Position numbers and translations under genes: made by a program. Below the pieces are notes generated by a model, which saw only the letters and a program-made list of their open reading frames with translations, had not been told where the DNA came from and made no database searches. 64,000 bases of DNA from an uncultured Verrucomicrobiae bacterium (lineage in GTDB: Bacteria; Verrucomicrobiota; Verrucomicrobiia; Palsa-1439), in the NCBI GenBank assembly GCA_963812605.1, contig CAWEWF010000001.1, positions 416,001 through 480,000 on the forward strand, given 5' to 3'. The first letter of the stretch is position 1. Each line of letters starts with the position of its first letter. This document shows positions 16,384-27,322 of this stretch, piece after piece.

Positions 16384-18186
16384 TTATCCCGCCGGGTCTC
16401 TCTCGAGCTGCAGAGGAAAGGCTGCTTTGCCTTGGCGCCAGGTGCCGGAGAGTTTGCCACCTTCGAGTTTTCCATTAAAAGCACCGCCGATCCCGTTCCA
16501 CTCCAGCAGGAGGTTGGGATAGATAAACTGCGCGCCCGACGCCGGTATTCCGACGGCTCCTTGATCGGGACTGTCCATGGTCGCGGAATAGCGAACCATC
16601 CGGCATCAGGGCGATATTGAACACCACGCGCAACGCGGTGTTTTTAATGGTAATTGCGCCTTTCCAGTGGCCCTCGACCTGATAGCTGGCTCCCTGGCCG
16701 TAATTTTTTTCCGCCGCGGCTGTTGCTGGCGTATTCGATTCAACAAGTCGGAAGGTCAACGGAAACTTCTTGTCTCCCTGGGTCCATGTGCCCGTCATTT
16801 GGCGGCCATCGAGACTCCCAGCAAACTCGCCACCGATGGCGCTCATCTCGATTCTGATCGCAGGCCTATGATAGGTCAGGGACGTAACGGGCAGGTTCCT
16901 GGCGCCCTGATCCAGGCTGTCCAATTGGGCATGAAATGTTCCTGGATGTCGGCTCGGCAATTCTCAAGTTCAACCGCAACGCGGCGTTCCCGTCCGTAAA
17001 CACTCCCTCCCACGCGCCCTGCAATTCGGAATCCGGTCGTGGCGCATACTCTTCCGCCGTCATTGGTTCCTCGACACGGTCAGCCTCGTTGGTCCGTTTG
17101 AGAGTCAATTCAAACGATCGGTTGAGCTGGCTCCAGGTGCCCGACATTTCTGTTCTGTCTTCGCTTAACGCGGCTTGAAAGTCGGCGTGTTCGGCCGGCA
17201 ATTCGGCGTGGATGGAATTCGGCCGGGCCCAGAGTTTGGCGACCGGAATATCTTTCAGCCCCTGGTCGATCGAGTCCAGCCGGGCATAGTAGGTGTCATT
17301 CGTCGGGCGAATCTTAAGAACGAAGCGCAACTGGGTCGGGAATACTGACAGGGTGCCCTCCCAATCGCCCTGCATCGCGGCCAGGGCGGACTTTGTCCGC
17401 GAGGTGTTGACGGTTTTGACTATCACCGTTGTGGTTCCGGCAGCGAGCAGGGCAACCACGCCTGCCACGACGGTTGTTTTTGCTTTTGTCCATGCCATAA
17501 ATTTCAAAGTTCCTTTAATGAGGGTTACGGTTGATGCGGAGACGGTGGATCCGGCAGCCACCGTCGCGGAAATCGTCGTTGCCAATCCCAGCCGGCGCAG
17601 CTTGGACCGAATTCGCCGAAACCGTTCCGGCAAGGAGTACGCCAGAAAGTGTCACGCCGCGTTTCGTGAAAAATCTCTGCAACTTTTCCAGGGCGCGGTT
17701 CACCCGCATTTTCGCGGCGTCTTCGCTGGCGCCCAGTGCCGCGCCGACTTCCTGCAAACTTTTGTTTTGGAAAAACCGGAGAACGATGGCCTGCCGATCT
17801 TTTTCATTCAGTCCGCCAAGGGCCGTGTCCAGCAGCGGGGCGATTTGCTGCCACGCCTCGTCTGCCGATTCGTTCAATAGTGATTGCATGTACGCCTCCT
17901 GTTCGCGTTGCGCGCGGCGACGCTGGATTTTCAAGGCGTCGGCGGCGGCAAAACAGGCGGTGCGATGAAGCCAACTGGGGATAATTGTGTCCGGACCGAG
18001 GGTGCTCGCCTTGCGCGCCAGGATGAGAAACACGGCCTGCGTCACTTCCTCGGCGAGATGCGGATCGCGCACTTGCCGCACCGCCGCGGAATAAACGAGG
18101 TTAACGTGACGGGCGACCAGCGTTGCAAACGCCTGTTCGGACCCGCGGGCGACGTAATCCCGCACCAGTTTCATGTCGTCATTCAT
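16384..18186 (-). pseudogene. ECF sigma-70 factor fused to a TM helix and three extracytoplasmic repeats; three frameshifts (pseudogene or sequencing errors)
   Basis: Sigma region 2/4 ([32 protein letters not shown]...RVNRALEKL); continues through ORFs 17633-16866, 16960-16475 and 16599-16384, with shifts near 17587, 16945 and 16592. Confidence 0.8.
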
Positions 18187-18265
18187 CCTTCATCTAATAC
18201 ATGGACGCCCAATCGAAAAGGTAACAGTCTTTTTTTAGCCAACGGTGAGGCCGTGGTGAAAGAAT

Positions 18266-18320
18266 ACAGGCGAGACGCCTGTTCAACTCGGGGACGGAAA
18301 GACGCGGGCGGGACGCCCGC
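18266..18320. repeat. Pair of REP-like palindromes
   Basis: ACAGGCGAGACGCCTGT and GCGGGCGGGACGCCCGC hairpins. Confidence 0.6.
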
Positions 18321-18405
18321 ACCACTATATAGGGAGGGGGCTCATATATGTTTCGGCGGATAACAGCCTTGCCGAAGCGGCGGCATCCGGGCTATAAGGC
18401 GGTGG

Positions 18406-19254
18406 ATGAGTACGCGGAGTATCGCCTTCGCCAACCAGAAGGGGGGCGTTGGCAAAACCACCACGGCGGTCAGTGTCGCGGCGTGTCTTGCCGAACGCGG
18501 GAAACGGACGTTGCTGGTGGATATCGATCCACAGGCGAACGCGACGAGCGCGCTGGGTTTGGAAAAGCTTGCGGGCGGGAGCGTCTACAAGGCGTTGCTC
18601 GGCGGCGCGCTGCTGGCGGATTCGATCCGGCCGGCGGGACTGGAGCACCTCGACGTGATTCCAGGCGAAGTAGACCTGGCGGTCGCCGAGGTGGACGTGG
18701 CGCGCGCGGAAAATTATCTCCAGCGGTTGCAGTTTGCGCTGACGCCGATCCAGAGTGCGCAACAGTATGAATTCATCCTGATTGACTGTCCGCCGTCGCT
18801 TGGCATTCTCACCATGAACGCGCTGGCGGCGGTGGATAGCGCGTTGATCCCGATGCAGGCGGAGTATTTTGCGCTGGAGGGCCTGGCGGTCATCACGCGG
18901 GTGCTGCAACAGATACGCGACAGCGGCGCCAATCCGTCGCTGGAACTGGAGGGCATTGTCCTGACGATGTACGACGGGCGCACGAACCTGGCCCAGCAGG
19001 TGGCGGCGGAGGTGCGCAAACATTTCCCCGGCAAAGTGTACAAGACGATCATCCCGCGGACGGTGCGGCTTGCGGAAGCGCCCAGTTTTGGCAAGCCGAT
19101 CACCACGTACGACAGCGGTTCGTATGCGGCGATGTGTTACCGGTCGTTGACAGACGAGATGCTCGCGCCACCGCCGGCGGCCCCAGAATCGACCTCCACG
19201 GATGCCGCCCCGAAAGTGGAAGCGCCTTCCTCGACACCCTTGCCGACAGCTTGA
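18406..19254 (+). CDS. parA: ParA/Soj family ATPase
   Basis: NQKGGVGKTTT, DIDPQANAT, IDCPPSLG, PMQAEYFALEG, IPRTVRLAEAPSFG. Confidence 0.92.
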   Translation: MSTRSIAFANQKGGVGKTTTAVSVAACLAERGKRTLLVDIDPQANATSALGLEKLAGGSVYKALLGGALLADSIRPAGLEHLDVIPGEVDLAVAEVDVARAENYLQRLQFALTPIQSAQQYEFILIDCPPSLGILTMNALAAVDSALIPMQAEYFALEGLAVITRVLQQIRDSGANPSLELEGIVLTMYDGRTNLAQQVAAEVRKHFPGKVYKTIIPRTVRLAEAPSFGKPITTYDSGSYAAMCYRSLTDEMLAPPPAAPESTSTDAAPKVEAPSSTPLPTA

Positions 19255-19264
19255 GCGGATTGCG

Positions 19265-19834
19265 CTACGGATTCTTTTTGTCGCGCTTCTCTTTGGTTTG
19301 TTCGATCTCGCGCTTGATGTCTGTCGAGCTGTAATCGGAAGCGACCAAGCGATCACCGTCATAGACCTCGACCAGATAGCCCTGGATGGTACCGCCGTGG
19401 GTATAGCGACGACTATCGTAATCATAGTCCGTCGTGACCGTATCCAAGTCGATCGAGTCAGTGTCGAAGGCATATCGTTGCCCGACGGCGACTTTGCACT
19501 GTCGTTCGCCTTCGACGATTTTTTTAGGGGCATTGTTCCAACTGTAACCGGCCCCTTGGGCTTCGGCATGCGAAGGATCCACCAGGATTGCCCATTTGAC
19601 TTTGAGGTCGGAAGGTTTGGTCGTGTTGAGACCAAGGATTTCAACGGTATAGTAAACGGCCGAATTAACCTGCTGCTGGCGATAAGTCCCACTGGCGGAC
19701 TGATAGGTGGTGTGTCGGTGATCGGTCTCCATCTTGCTAACCTTCAAGCGCACAGGGTTGGCTTGAGCGTGTGCGTCACCGGGTGGGACTGCCAACAGCA
19801 GAAAGGCCAGCAGGAATGGTCGGGCCTGTTTCAT
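19265..19834 (-). CDS. Hypothetical secreted beta-rich protein (paralog of 29115-29621)
   Basis: Signal peptide ending AHA; shared LKV, YTV, WAxL, GYxVE and VASD...DIK motifs. Confidence 0.7.
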   Translation of the reverse strand: MKQARPFLLAFLLLAVPPGDAHAQANPVRLKVSKMETDHRHTTYQSASGTYRQQQVNSAVYYTVEILGLNTTKPSDLKVKWAILVDPSHAEAQGAGYSWNNAPKKIVEGERQCKVAVGQRYAFDTDSIDLDTVTTDYDYDSRRYTHGGTIQGYLVEVYDGDRLVASDYSSTDIKREIEQTKEKRDKKNP

Positions 19835-19899
19835 TATGAGTCGTCGGGTTCAACAGGACGGCCCAAGTTGTAGGCCTGGCCGAGATGAAGGTCAAGAAT

Positions 19900-20535
19900 T
19901 CAATCCGCCGTCTTGGCGGCCTCGTCCACCATGCGAAACTCCAACTGATGGATTTCCCTGTCCGACGCCCCGTAGGCGATGGCCAGCCGTGATTTGTCGG
20001 CGGTGTGTTTGACATAGATGCCCGGGACCGAGGACAGGGGGTGCCAGCCATCGGCCCAGGTTGAATTGCCCTGGTTGTTTTGCAGCATCGTGTTGATCTC
20101 TACCGGCGAGAAAAACACGAAATCACCGACGTTGTCGCCGCGCTTGTTTTTATGCCAGGCAATGGGGCAATCGATGACTTCGCGCACGGACGAGCCCGAG
20201 TAATCGATACCGTCGTATTTTTCGCCCACGTTGCCGACATAGACTGCGATGTTCCGGCCGTCCTTGGTGAAAATGTCGCGTTGGCGGGTTTCCACAAGAT
20301 CCAGATTGTAGTCGTCATTCGTCGAGGCGATCAGGCTCACATTCGTGGTGAAGGCCTCCGTGAGTTCCACATAGAATCCTTTTTGCGTGGGGATGTCTCC
20401 GGTGCTGATTTGCACCGCGCGGGGCGATCCATATCGTTGAACCAGAACCGGCTCCGAATCCCCGAGCCAGGCGTTGGCGACCGTGACGACCGTCAGTGAC
20501 GCCGCAAAAGTCAGTACCACGAAAACAGTCTTCAT
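19900..20535 (-). CDS. Hypothetical secreted protein
   Basis: Signal peptide MKTVFVVLTFAASLTVVTVANA; GGGAG RBS. Confidence 0.65.
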   Translation of the reverse strand: MKTVFVVLTFAASLTVVTVANAWLGDSEPVLVQRYGSPRAVQISTGDIPTQKGFYVELTEAFTTNVSLIASTNDDYNLDLVETRQRDIFTKDGRNIAVYVGNVGEKYDGIDYSGSSVREVIDCPIAWHKNKRGDNVGDFVFFSPVEINTMLQNNQGNSTWADGWHPLSSVPGIYVKHTADKSRLAIAYGASDREIHQLEFRMVDEAAKTAD

Positions 20536-20670
20536 TTCTCTTTCTCCCGTTTCCAGATTACTCTGACTCTGAACGAAAACCCAGTCAAACGTAATATCAA
20601 TTTGGAAGACAAACGCAGGCTGTTATAATACCGCAATCAGGATTTGCGAGGAATGGAATTTTCCCTGCGC

Positions 20671-22248
20671 ATGGGCATGAACACGCATGATCAATTAGCA
20701 AAGCTCCTGGCGTTTGTCATGTTGACCGGCTGCATGTCCAACGCCATGGCCGAGGAAGCTGCGCCGGCGATGAGTGAGCTCACCATTCGCGCCGATCAGC
20801 CGCAAGGGACGATCAACCGCAACATCTACGGCCAGTTTTCCGAACATCTTGGCCGCGGCATCTACGAAGGGATTTGGGTCGGCGAGGATTCACCGATTCC
20901 AAATACGCGGGGGATCCGCAACGATGTCGTCGCGGCGTTGAAACAATTGCGCATACCCGTGCTGCGCTGGCCGGGCGGTTGTTTCGCCGATGAATACCAC
21001 TGGCGGGACGGCATCGACGCCCGCGAGAGCCGGCCGAAGACGATCAACACGCACTGGGGCGGCGTGATGGAGGACAACCAATTTGGCACGCACGAGTTTT
21101 TCGATCTTTGCGGGCAGTTGGGTTGTGAGCCCTACATCTGCGGCAATGTCGGCAGCGGCAGCGTCCGCGAGATGATGGAGTGGATCGAGTATATGACCTC
21201 CGATGCCGACTCGCCGCTGGCCAACCTGCGGCGCCAGAATGGCCGTGATAAGCCATGGAGATTGAGATATTTCGGCATCGGGAACGAAAGTTGGGGGTGT
21301 GGCGGGAATATGCGCCCGGAGTTTTATGCCGACAATTTCCGGCGCTACAACACATTCGTGAACAATTACCGGGGCAACCGGATTGAGCGTATCGCCTGCG
21401 GCCCGAACGGGGCGGACTATCATTGGACGGAAGTACTCATGTCCATGGCAGGTCGCCAGATGAACGGGCTCTCGCTGCACTACTACACGCTGCCGAGCGG
21501 GAAATGGAACCAGAAGGGCGCGGCCACCGGGTTCACCGAGGAGGAATGGCATTCCACCCTGTGGCAAACGCTACGGATGGACGAAATGATCACCAAACAT
21601 TCGGCCATTATGGACAAGTACGATCCGGAAAAGCGGGTCGGCCTGGTTGTGGACGAATGGGGCGCGTCGTATGACGTTGAGCCTGGCACCAATCCGGGGT
21701 TCCTTTATCAGCAGAATACGCTGCGCGACGCGCTGGTGGCCGGCATCAACTTAAATATCTTCCAGCAGCATTGTGACCGCGTGAAGATGGCCAACATTGC
21801 GCAAATGGTCAATGTTCTCCAGGCGATGATCCTGACGGACAAGGAGAAAATGGTGCTCACGCCGACCTACCACGTTTACGAAATGTACAAGGTCCACCAG
21901 GACGCGACCTTGCTCCCAATCGAACTCACGACACCCGATTACAAGCTGGGAGGAAAGACCGTGCCCACGTTGCAGGCCTCCGCCTCGCGCGACAAGAGCG
22001 GTCGCATTCACCTCTCGCTGGTCAATCTCGACCCGCGCCACGATGCGTCGCTCACCGCGAAGGTGGACGGGGGAGCGATCAAGACAATTACCGGCTGCGT
22101 ACTTACAGCGGCGTCGATGGATGCGCAGAATAGCTTTGAAAATCCCGACGCCGTGGCACCGTCGCCATTCACCGGATTCGAGCGGAAGGGCGAGGAAATC
22201 GCGGTGACACTCCCTTCCAAGTCCGTGGTGGTGCTGGAGATCGAATAG
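20671..22248 (+). CDS. GH51 alpha-L-arabinofuranosidase
   Basis: [54 protein letters not shown]; start codon uncertain (20644-20677). Confidence 0.93.
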   Translation: MGMNTHDQLAKLLAFVMLTGCMSNAMAEEAAPAMSELTIRADQPQGTINRNIYGQFSEHLGRGIYEGIWVGEDSPIPNTRGIRNDVVAALKQLRIPVLRWPGGCFADEYHWRDGIDARESRPKTINTHWGGVMEDNQFGTHEFFDLCGQLGCEPYICGNVGSGSVREMMEWIEYMTSDADSPLANLRRQNGRDKPWRLRYFGIGNESWGCGGNMRPEFYADNFRRYNTFVNNYRGNRIERIACGPNGADYHWTEVLMSMAGRQMNGLSLHYYTLPSGKWNQKGAATGFTEEEWHSTLWQTLRMDEMITKHSAIMDKYDPEKRVGLVVDEWGASYDVEPGTNPGFLYQQNTLRDALVAGINLNIFQQHCDRVKMANIAQMVNVLQAMILTDKEKMVLTPTYHVYEMYKVHQDATLLPIELTTPDYKLGGKTVPTLQASASRDKSGRIHLSLVNLDPRHDASLTAKVDGGAIKTITGCVLTAASMDAQNSFENPDAVAPSPFTGFERKGEEIAVTLPSKSVVVLEIE

Positions 22249-22286
22249 GGACAGAATCACGAAATGAACAACTACAAACGGAAAGC

Positions 22287-23342
22287 ATGAAACGAGATCG
22301 TCCCAAGGAAATTGAAATTCGACAGGCTGCGTATGGCCGCTGGCCGAATTGCTATCGGCTGGCCAATGACTCGATGGAATTGATCATCACCACGGATGTC
22401 GGGCCGCGTATCATCCGTTGCGGCTTCGTTGGCGCGGACAACGAATTCAAAGAATATCCCGAGCAGCTTGGGAAGAAGGGTGGGGAGGACTGGCGCGTTT
22501 ACGGCGGGCACCGGCTCTGGCACGCGCCGGAACACAAAGTGCGCACGTACTTCCCCGACAACTCACCGGTAAAATTCGAGCGAAGCGAGGGCGGCGTGCG
22601 CCTCGTGCAAACAACTGAAACCACGACGGGCATTCAAAAGGAAATCGAGGTGCGCCTGGCGCCAGACGCGGCGCACGCCACGGTCACACACCGCCTTCGC
22701 AACGTCAATTCCCAGCCGGTCACCCTTGCGCCATGGGCCCTGACGGTAATGGCGCCCGGGGGCACGGCCATTGTGCCCTTGCCGGCGCGCGGGTCGCATC
22801 CGGAAGACCTGCCGCCCGAGAACTCGTTGACACTGTGGAAGTACACCGACATGAGCGACGCGCGGTGGACGTGGGGCCGCAAATATATTCTCGTGCGGCA
22901 AGACTCCGGGGCGGCGATCGAGCCGCAAAAGATCGGGGCATCCATCCCCGATGGCTGGATCGCGTATGCGCGCGCCGACCGATTGTTTTTGAAAACCTTC
23001 CGATATGAGCCAGCCGCGATTTATCCGGATATGGGTTGCTCCGTCGAAGTTTTCACCAACAACGAGATGCTCGAACTCGAAACTCTTGGGCCGGTCACGC
23101 AGTTGGCCCCGGGCGGGGTGGTCGACCACATTGAGCACTGGTGGCTGTTTCGCGATGTGCCGGTTCCGCGCAGCGATGCCGAGGTTGACGCGTATGTGCT
23201 GCCCCGGGTGCAGACCTCTCGGATTGCCTTATTGGCGGGAAAACTGCCGCCTCGGGAAGATCACGCGCCAGCGAACGTCCCGCCGTCCTTATCTGAAGAT
23301 CTTGATGGTGAGCTTCTCCGCGCTTGTATCCATGCCCTTTAA
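22287..23342 (+). CDS. Galactose-mutarotase-like (DUF4380-type) protein
   Basis: DVGPRII, YGGHRLWHAPE, LAPWALT, YPDMGCSVEVF, LELETLGP. Confidence 0.7.
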   Translation: MKRDRPKEIEIRQAAYGRWPNCYRLANDSMELIITTDVGPRIIRCGFVGADNEFKEYPEQLGKKGGEDWRVYGGHRLWHAPEHKVRTYFPDNSPVKFERSEGGVRLVQTTETTTGIQKEIEVRLAPDAAHATVTHRLRNVNSQPVTLAPWALTVMAPGGTAIVPLPARGSHPEDLPPENSLTLWKYTDMSDARWTWGRKYILVRQDSGAAIEPQKIGASIPDGWIAYARADRLFLKTFRYEPAAIYPDMGCSVEVFTNNEMLELETLGPVTQLAPGGVVDHIEHWWLFRDVPVPRSDAEVDAYVLPRVQTSRIALLAGKLPPREDHAPANVPPSLSEDLDGELLRACIHAL

Positions 23343-26300
23343 CTTCAACGAAAGGCGCGCCGCGCTGAAGGTGCCGAACATCGTCGTTGGCTTGCCGCCG
23401 AATATGACGTAGCCATAAACGCTGTTGCGTGACGTCACCAGCAACTGCCCCATCACGGTGCCCGGAGCGTCGCTCGCGGCGATGTCGAAGACGGCGGAAT
23501 CGCTGGCATTGGAACTGATCAGGTAACTCACCGCCGTCAACGTCTTGCCCATTGTCACCAGTCCCGTCCACGTGCCAGCGAGATCGGGAAGCGTCGTTGC
23601 CGGGATCCCCTTCCAGTGGAAGGTCCCCGAGGCCGTCGGGACGGTCCCGTTGACGCTCTTGAGGCTCTTGACTGTCCCCAACAGCGTGCCGGTCCAATTC
23701 GTCGTGCTGCCGGTCTCTTCGAAGAATGGTCCCGTCACCTGTCCCTTCCCGTTGAAGTTCCATAGGCCCGATACATCGTCCCGTCCAAATGTCTGGAGGC
23801 GAAACCCATAACCGCTGGCGCTGAAGTCATCCCCGAAGGTCAGGAATTCGGCCCCTTTGTCCGCCCCACCAATCGTGATTTCCCAATCGCCCAGCGGCGA
23901 GTTATTGGCGCCGACGGTGATCATGGCGGTCGGAGAGGTATTCGTCGCGCCGAGCGTATCGGTGGCGCGCGCCATGATGATGTGACTCCCGAACGTGGGA
24001 TTGACCAGGAAGTTCGTTCCCGGGTTCGACGCGGTTTCCCCGAGCTTCGTGCCGTCGGCAAAGAATTCGATCTTGCTGATGGCGGCGCCGTCGTTGGCGC
24101 TGGCGCTGGCGATCAGGGTGATCGTCAGGTTGGTGACCGGCGGATACAACATGCCATTTCCGGGACGCGCGAGGGTCACGGTTGGGGGAGTGTTCGCTGC
24201 ATTTGTTACCAGGTTGGTTACCGTGATAAAGTTTGCCAGCAACAACGTGTTCGAGCCGAGCGGGCCAAACACCGTCAAGCTGACCGAGAAAGTTCCGGCG
24301 GTGGTGTACGAATAGCTCGGGCTGGCCAGGGTGCTCGCGCCCCCGTCGCCAAAATTCCACAGGCGGCTGATCACGGTGCCACTGGAGGCATCGGCGAAGT
24401 TCACCAGCAGCGTCGCCGCGCCGATGGTCGGGTTCCCGGTGAAGCCCGCAATCGGCGCCACGGCAGCGGAACCGGTCACCGCATTGGTTGAGACCCCGCC
24501 GTTACTGGCGAACATGACCGAACCGGTAAACGCCCCGACGGCCCCGGGGCTGAAACTCAGACTCACGAGGCCCGTCTGCCCACCGTTCACGGTGAACGGA
24601 CTGCCGCTGACCAGCGCGAAGGGCGGCCCCGACATGGTCGCCGTGCCGGTCAGCGTCTGGAGCCCAGCATTGGCAATGGAAAACGTCTGCGTGCTGCCCT
24701 GGCCCACCGGCAGCAATCCGAAGTCGAGATTGCCAGGCGCGACAATTAAAAACGGCGGGCCGTTCGTGATGATAATGATAATATAGTTGACTTGGGTGTT
24801 TGTACTCACACCGACCGGCCCAGTGACGACCAATGTGACCGTGTCCGTGCCGACCGAATTGTAGGTGTAGGCCACGGTCGTGTTCAGTGTATTCGTCGTC
24901 CCGCCATCCCCGAACGTCCAGGACCGGTTCGTAATCGTGCCGGTCGAACTATCGGTGAAGGTCACCGCCACCGGCACGAGGCCAGTAGTCGGCGTCCCGC
25001 TGAAGCTGGCTGACGGCGGCTGCGGCGGAATGATCGTGAAGGCAGCGCTGGCTACAGCGCTCCCCGTCACCCCGTCCAGAAATGCCCGGGCACGAACCGT
25101 GGCGGAGGTTGTCTGGGAAAATGGCCCCGCGTAGAGCGCCGAATTTGTCGTCGGATCGGTGTTGTCCAGCGTATAGTAAATGACAGAGCCCGGAGTGGCG
25201 TTGGTCAACGACACCAGGACCGCGTTGGTAAATGTGCCGCCGTTGGGCGCGATGGTGGGTGCCGCAGGGAAGTTGCCAAACACTGACAACGCCGATGCCG
25301 TTTCGACATAGACCTTCCCATTGGCCACCAGTGGCAGATTGAACTTAAGCCAGACATCCAGCATGTCCCGCGTTCCGGCCTGGTTGCTGTTGTAGAATTC
25401 GTTGCCCAGGTTGGTGGCGTCATAGGCGTGCAGAACACCCGGGGTGATTGTGCCGGTGTTCTCCAAGACCCACAGAATCGCGTTGGAATTCCCGTTGGCC
25501 GAAATGGCCATCGTGCCACCGCGTCCGTTGTATTGCTCCGACGAACTGGAGGTGGGATTGGTGGACAACAGCCCGTTACTCAATTGAAACGCCTGGACAC
25601 TTTCCTGAACCGGACTGAAGTACACATTCCCATTGAAATAGACGGGTGAACAGAAGTTGCCGCCCTCGTTTCCAAGATTATTGGGGAAGATGTTCACCAC
25701 CGACTCAACGATTTGGTCGGCGTTCGTGTTAAATTGCCCCATGTTGTCCCGGTCCACGAGGTAGATCGTTCCGTTCTTGCCGGCGCTGACCATCTCGTGC
25801 GGATGGGCCCCGCTTTGATCCGGGAGCAACAGCACTCCTCCCGCCCCCAGATCCAGGTCGCCCGCATTCAGGGTGGTCTGAACGCTGGGGGAGAAGTAGT
25901 CCAGGACCGCCCCGGCAGGATTGATCTTCACGAAGCAGTCTCCGTAATCACTGCCCCCGATATTGGCGGTCAAGGTTCCATTGCCGGTGATGAAGTAAAC
26001 GTTCCCTGTGGGATCGCAGGCCAGACCATCGCCGTTCATCCAGATACCGGCTTCGGCCGCGTTCGGGGCGGCGTTATAAATCAGCACCTGCTGCTGGATA
26101 TTGGTCGCGTTATATCCCATCACCCAGCCGTAAAACGGTGGATTATCCCCGTGGCTGGAAAAGCCAAAATACACCACGCCATTGGCCAGCAGCAGTCCCG
26201 TCCGCTGGTTCTCGCTGAGTGGAATGAACGGCACCTGACCGCCCACGGAACCAACGCCTGTACCGGGTACATTGCCTTGAATCACCACCGGACCGCCGAA

Positions 26301-26903
26301 CTTCTCCGTTCCCGTTGCGATATCCAGCGCATGCAACCGCTGCACGTAATTGGTCGTGCTGCCGGAGATTTCTTTGGTCTTGGCGACAACGTACAGCGTG
26401 CCACTGGTCGGATCGATCACCGGGGTACTGGTAATGCCAATTTCATTCGTGATATCGCCCGGCTCGCCTGTATCGACGGACGGAACCGGCGTCACCCCGG
26501 CCGCGGGATTGATGAAGCTCACCTGCCAAAGCGGACTGTTGGTCAATCCATCCGCATCGAAGGCGTAGACGCTGTCGTGCTCCGTCTCCACGAACACGAC
26601 ATTGTGGAAACCGTTGCCTGGAATATTGACGTTGGTCACGTAGAGCGGCGAGGCAAATGCCAGACCATCGAGCGCATAACTGAAGAGCTTCCCAAACGTC
26701 GCCGAGTTTACATTGGCTGGAGTCAATATGGTTTCGCTCAGGTTCTGACCGGTCCGCAAGTTGTCATTGTGATAAGTAAACGTACCCGGGTACACGCTCG
26801 CGGCAGCGATTCCTCCCCGGCCGACTGGAAGCACGACAGCGCTAATGGCCAATAAGAGGCGCGCGATAATGCGACAGGCCATGCCCGAAGACATTCGGGT
26901 CAT
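23289..26903 (-). CDS. Large secreted protein: PQQ-like beta-propeller, chitobiase/Fn3-associated domain, PKD and Ig-like domains
   Basis: TYHNDNLRTGQN, GITSTPVID, PLVANGKVYV; IYYTLDNTDPT; two WxFGDG PKD repeats; KIEFFADG Ig domain; probable ATG at 26903. Confidence 0.85.
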   Translation of the reverse strand: MTRMSSGMACRIIARLLLAISAVVLPVGRGGIAAASVYPGTFTYHNDNLRTGQNLSETILTPANVNSATFGKLFSYALDGLAFASPLYVTNVNIPGNGFHNVVFVETEHDSVYAFDADGLTNSPLWQVSFINPAAGVTPVPSVDTGEPGDITNEIGITSTPVIDPTSGTLYVVAKTKEISGSTTNYVQRLHALDIATGTEKFGGPVVIQGNVPGTGVGSVGGQVPFIPLSENQRTGLLLANGVVYFGFSSHGDNPPFYGWVMGYNATNIQQQVLIYNAAPNAAEAGIWMNGDGLACDPTGNVYFITGNGTLTANIGGSDYGDCFVKINPAGAVLDYFSPSVQTTLNAGDLDLGAGGVLLLPDQSGAHPHEMVSAGKNGTIYLVDRDNMGQFNTNADQIVESVVNIFPNNLGNEGGNFCSPVYFNGNVYFSPVQESVQAFQLSNGLLSTNPTSSSSEQYNGRGGTMAISANGNSNAILWVLENTGTITPGVLHAYDATNLGNEFYNSNQAGTRDMLDVWLKFNLPLVANGKVYVETASALSVFGNFPAAPTIAPNGGTFTNAVLVSLTNATPGSVIYYTLDNTDPTTNSALYAGPFSQTTSATVRARAFLDGVTGSAVASAAFTIIPPQPPSASFSGTPTTGLVPVAVTFTDSSTGTITNRSWTFGDGGTTNTLNTTVAYTYNSVGTDTVTLVVTGPVGVSTNTQVNYIIIIITNGPPFLIVAPGNLDFGLLPVGQGSTQTFSIANAGLQTLTGTATMSGPPFALVSGSPFTVNGGQTGLVSLSFSPGAVGAFTGSVMFASNGGVSTNAVTGSAAVAPIAGFTGNPTIGAATLLVNFADASSGTVISRLWNFGDGGASTLASPSYSYTTAGTFSVSLTVFGPLGSNTLLLANFITVTNLVTNAANTPPTVTLARPGNGMLYPPVTNLTITLIASASANDGAAISKIEFFADGTKLGETASNPGTNFLVNPTFGSHIIMARATDTLGATNTSPTAMITVGANNSPLGDWEITIGGADKGAEFLTFGDDFSASGYGFRLQTFGRDDVSGLWNFNGKGQVTGPFFEETGSTTNWTGTLLGTVKSLKSVNGTVPTASGTFHWKGIPATTLPDLAGTWTGLVTMGKTLTAVSYLISSNASDSAVFDIAASDAPGTVMGQLLVTSRNSVYGYVIFGGKPTTMFGTFSAARLSLKLKGMDTSAEKLTIKIFR

Positions 26904-27133
26904 AACGATACTCCGCAGTCTGCGTATAAGAAAACCACGGAATAAATAATAATACGAAATACTCTCTAAGCCCATAGCAAACGCTAGGACAGCACACCAC
27001 GTGCCGTGATGTCCTCGACCCCCACCTGGATTGTTTGTGGACGTAATTCCAACCGGCTCAGGCTGCGTGAACCAATAAGTTTACCACGACAACATCAATT
27101 GCTTCACGCCACTGGCCTACAGCGGCCTGAAAA

Positions 27134-27210
<77 letters not shown>

Positions 27211-27322
27211 ACAAGCATTTGGAGGATAGATTCTAAACCGCCGATACCCGTTGGACAAGCGTTTTTCAGGCTTTTGACGGCACAGCACCGGTAAGGCCGC
27301 CTCCCGGGCCCGACAATTATTT

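Noticed and set aside
18406-19254. Plasmid or ICE partition cassette
   Set aside because: Soj-like ParA in host-like sequence; no adjacent parB, rep or parS array seen.
23289-23342. 54-nt convergent overlap of two genes as a regulatory feature
   Set aside because: Likely a non-conserved C-terminal extension; no further evidence.
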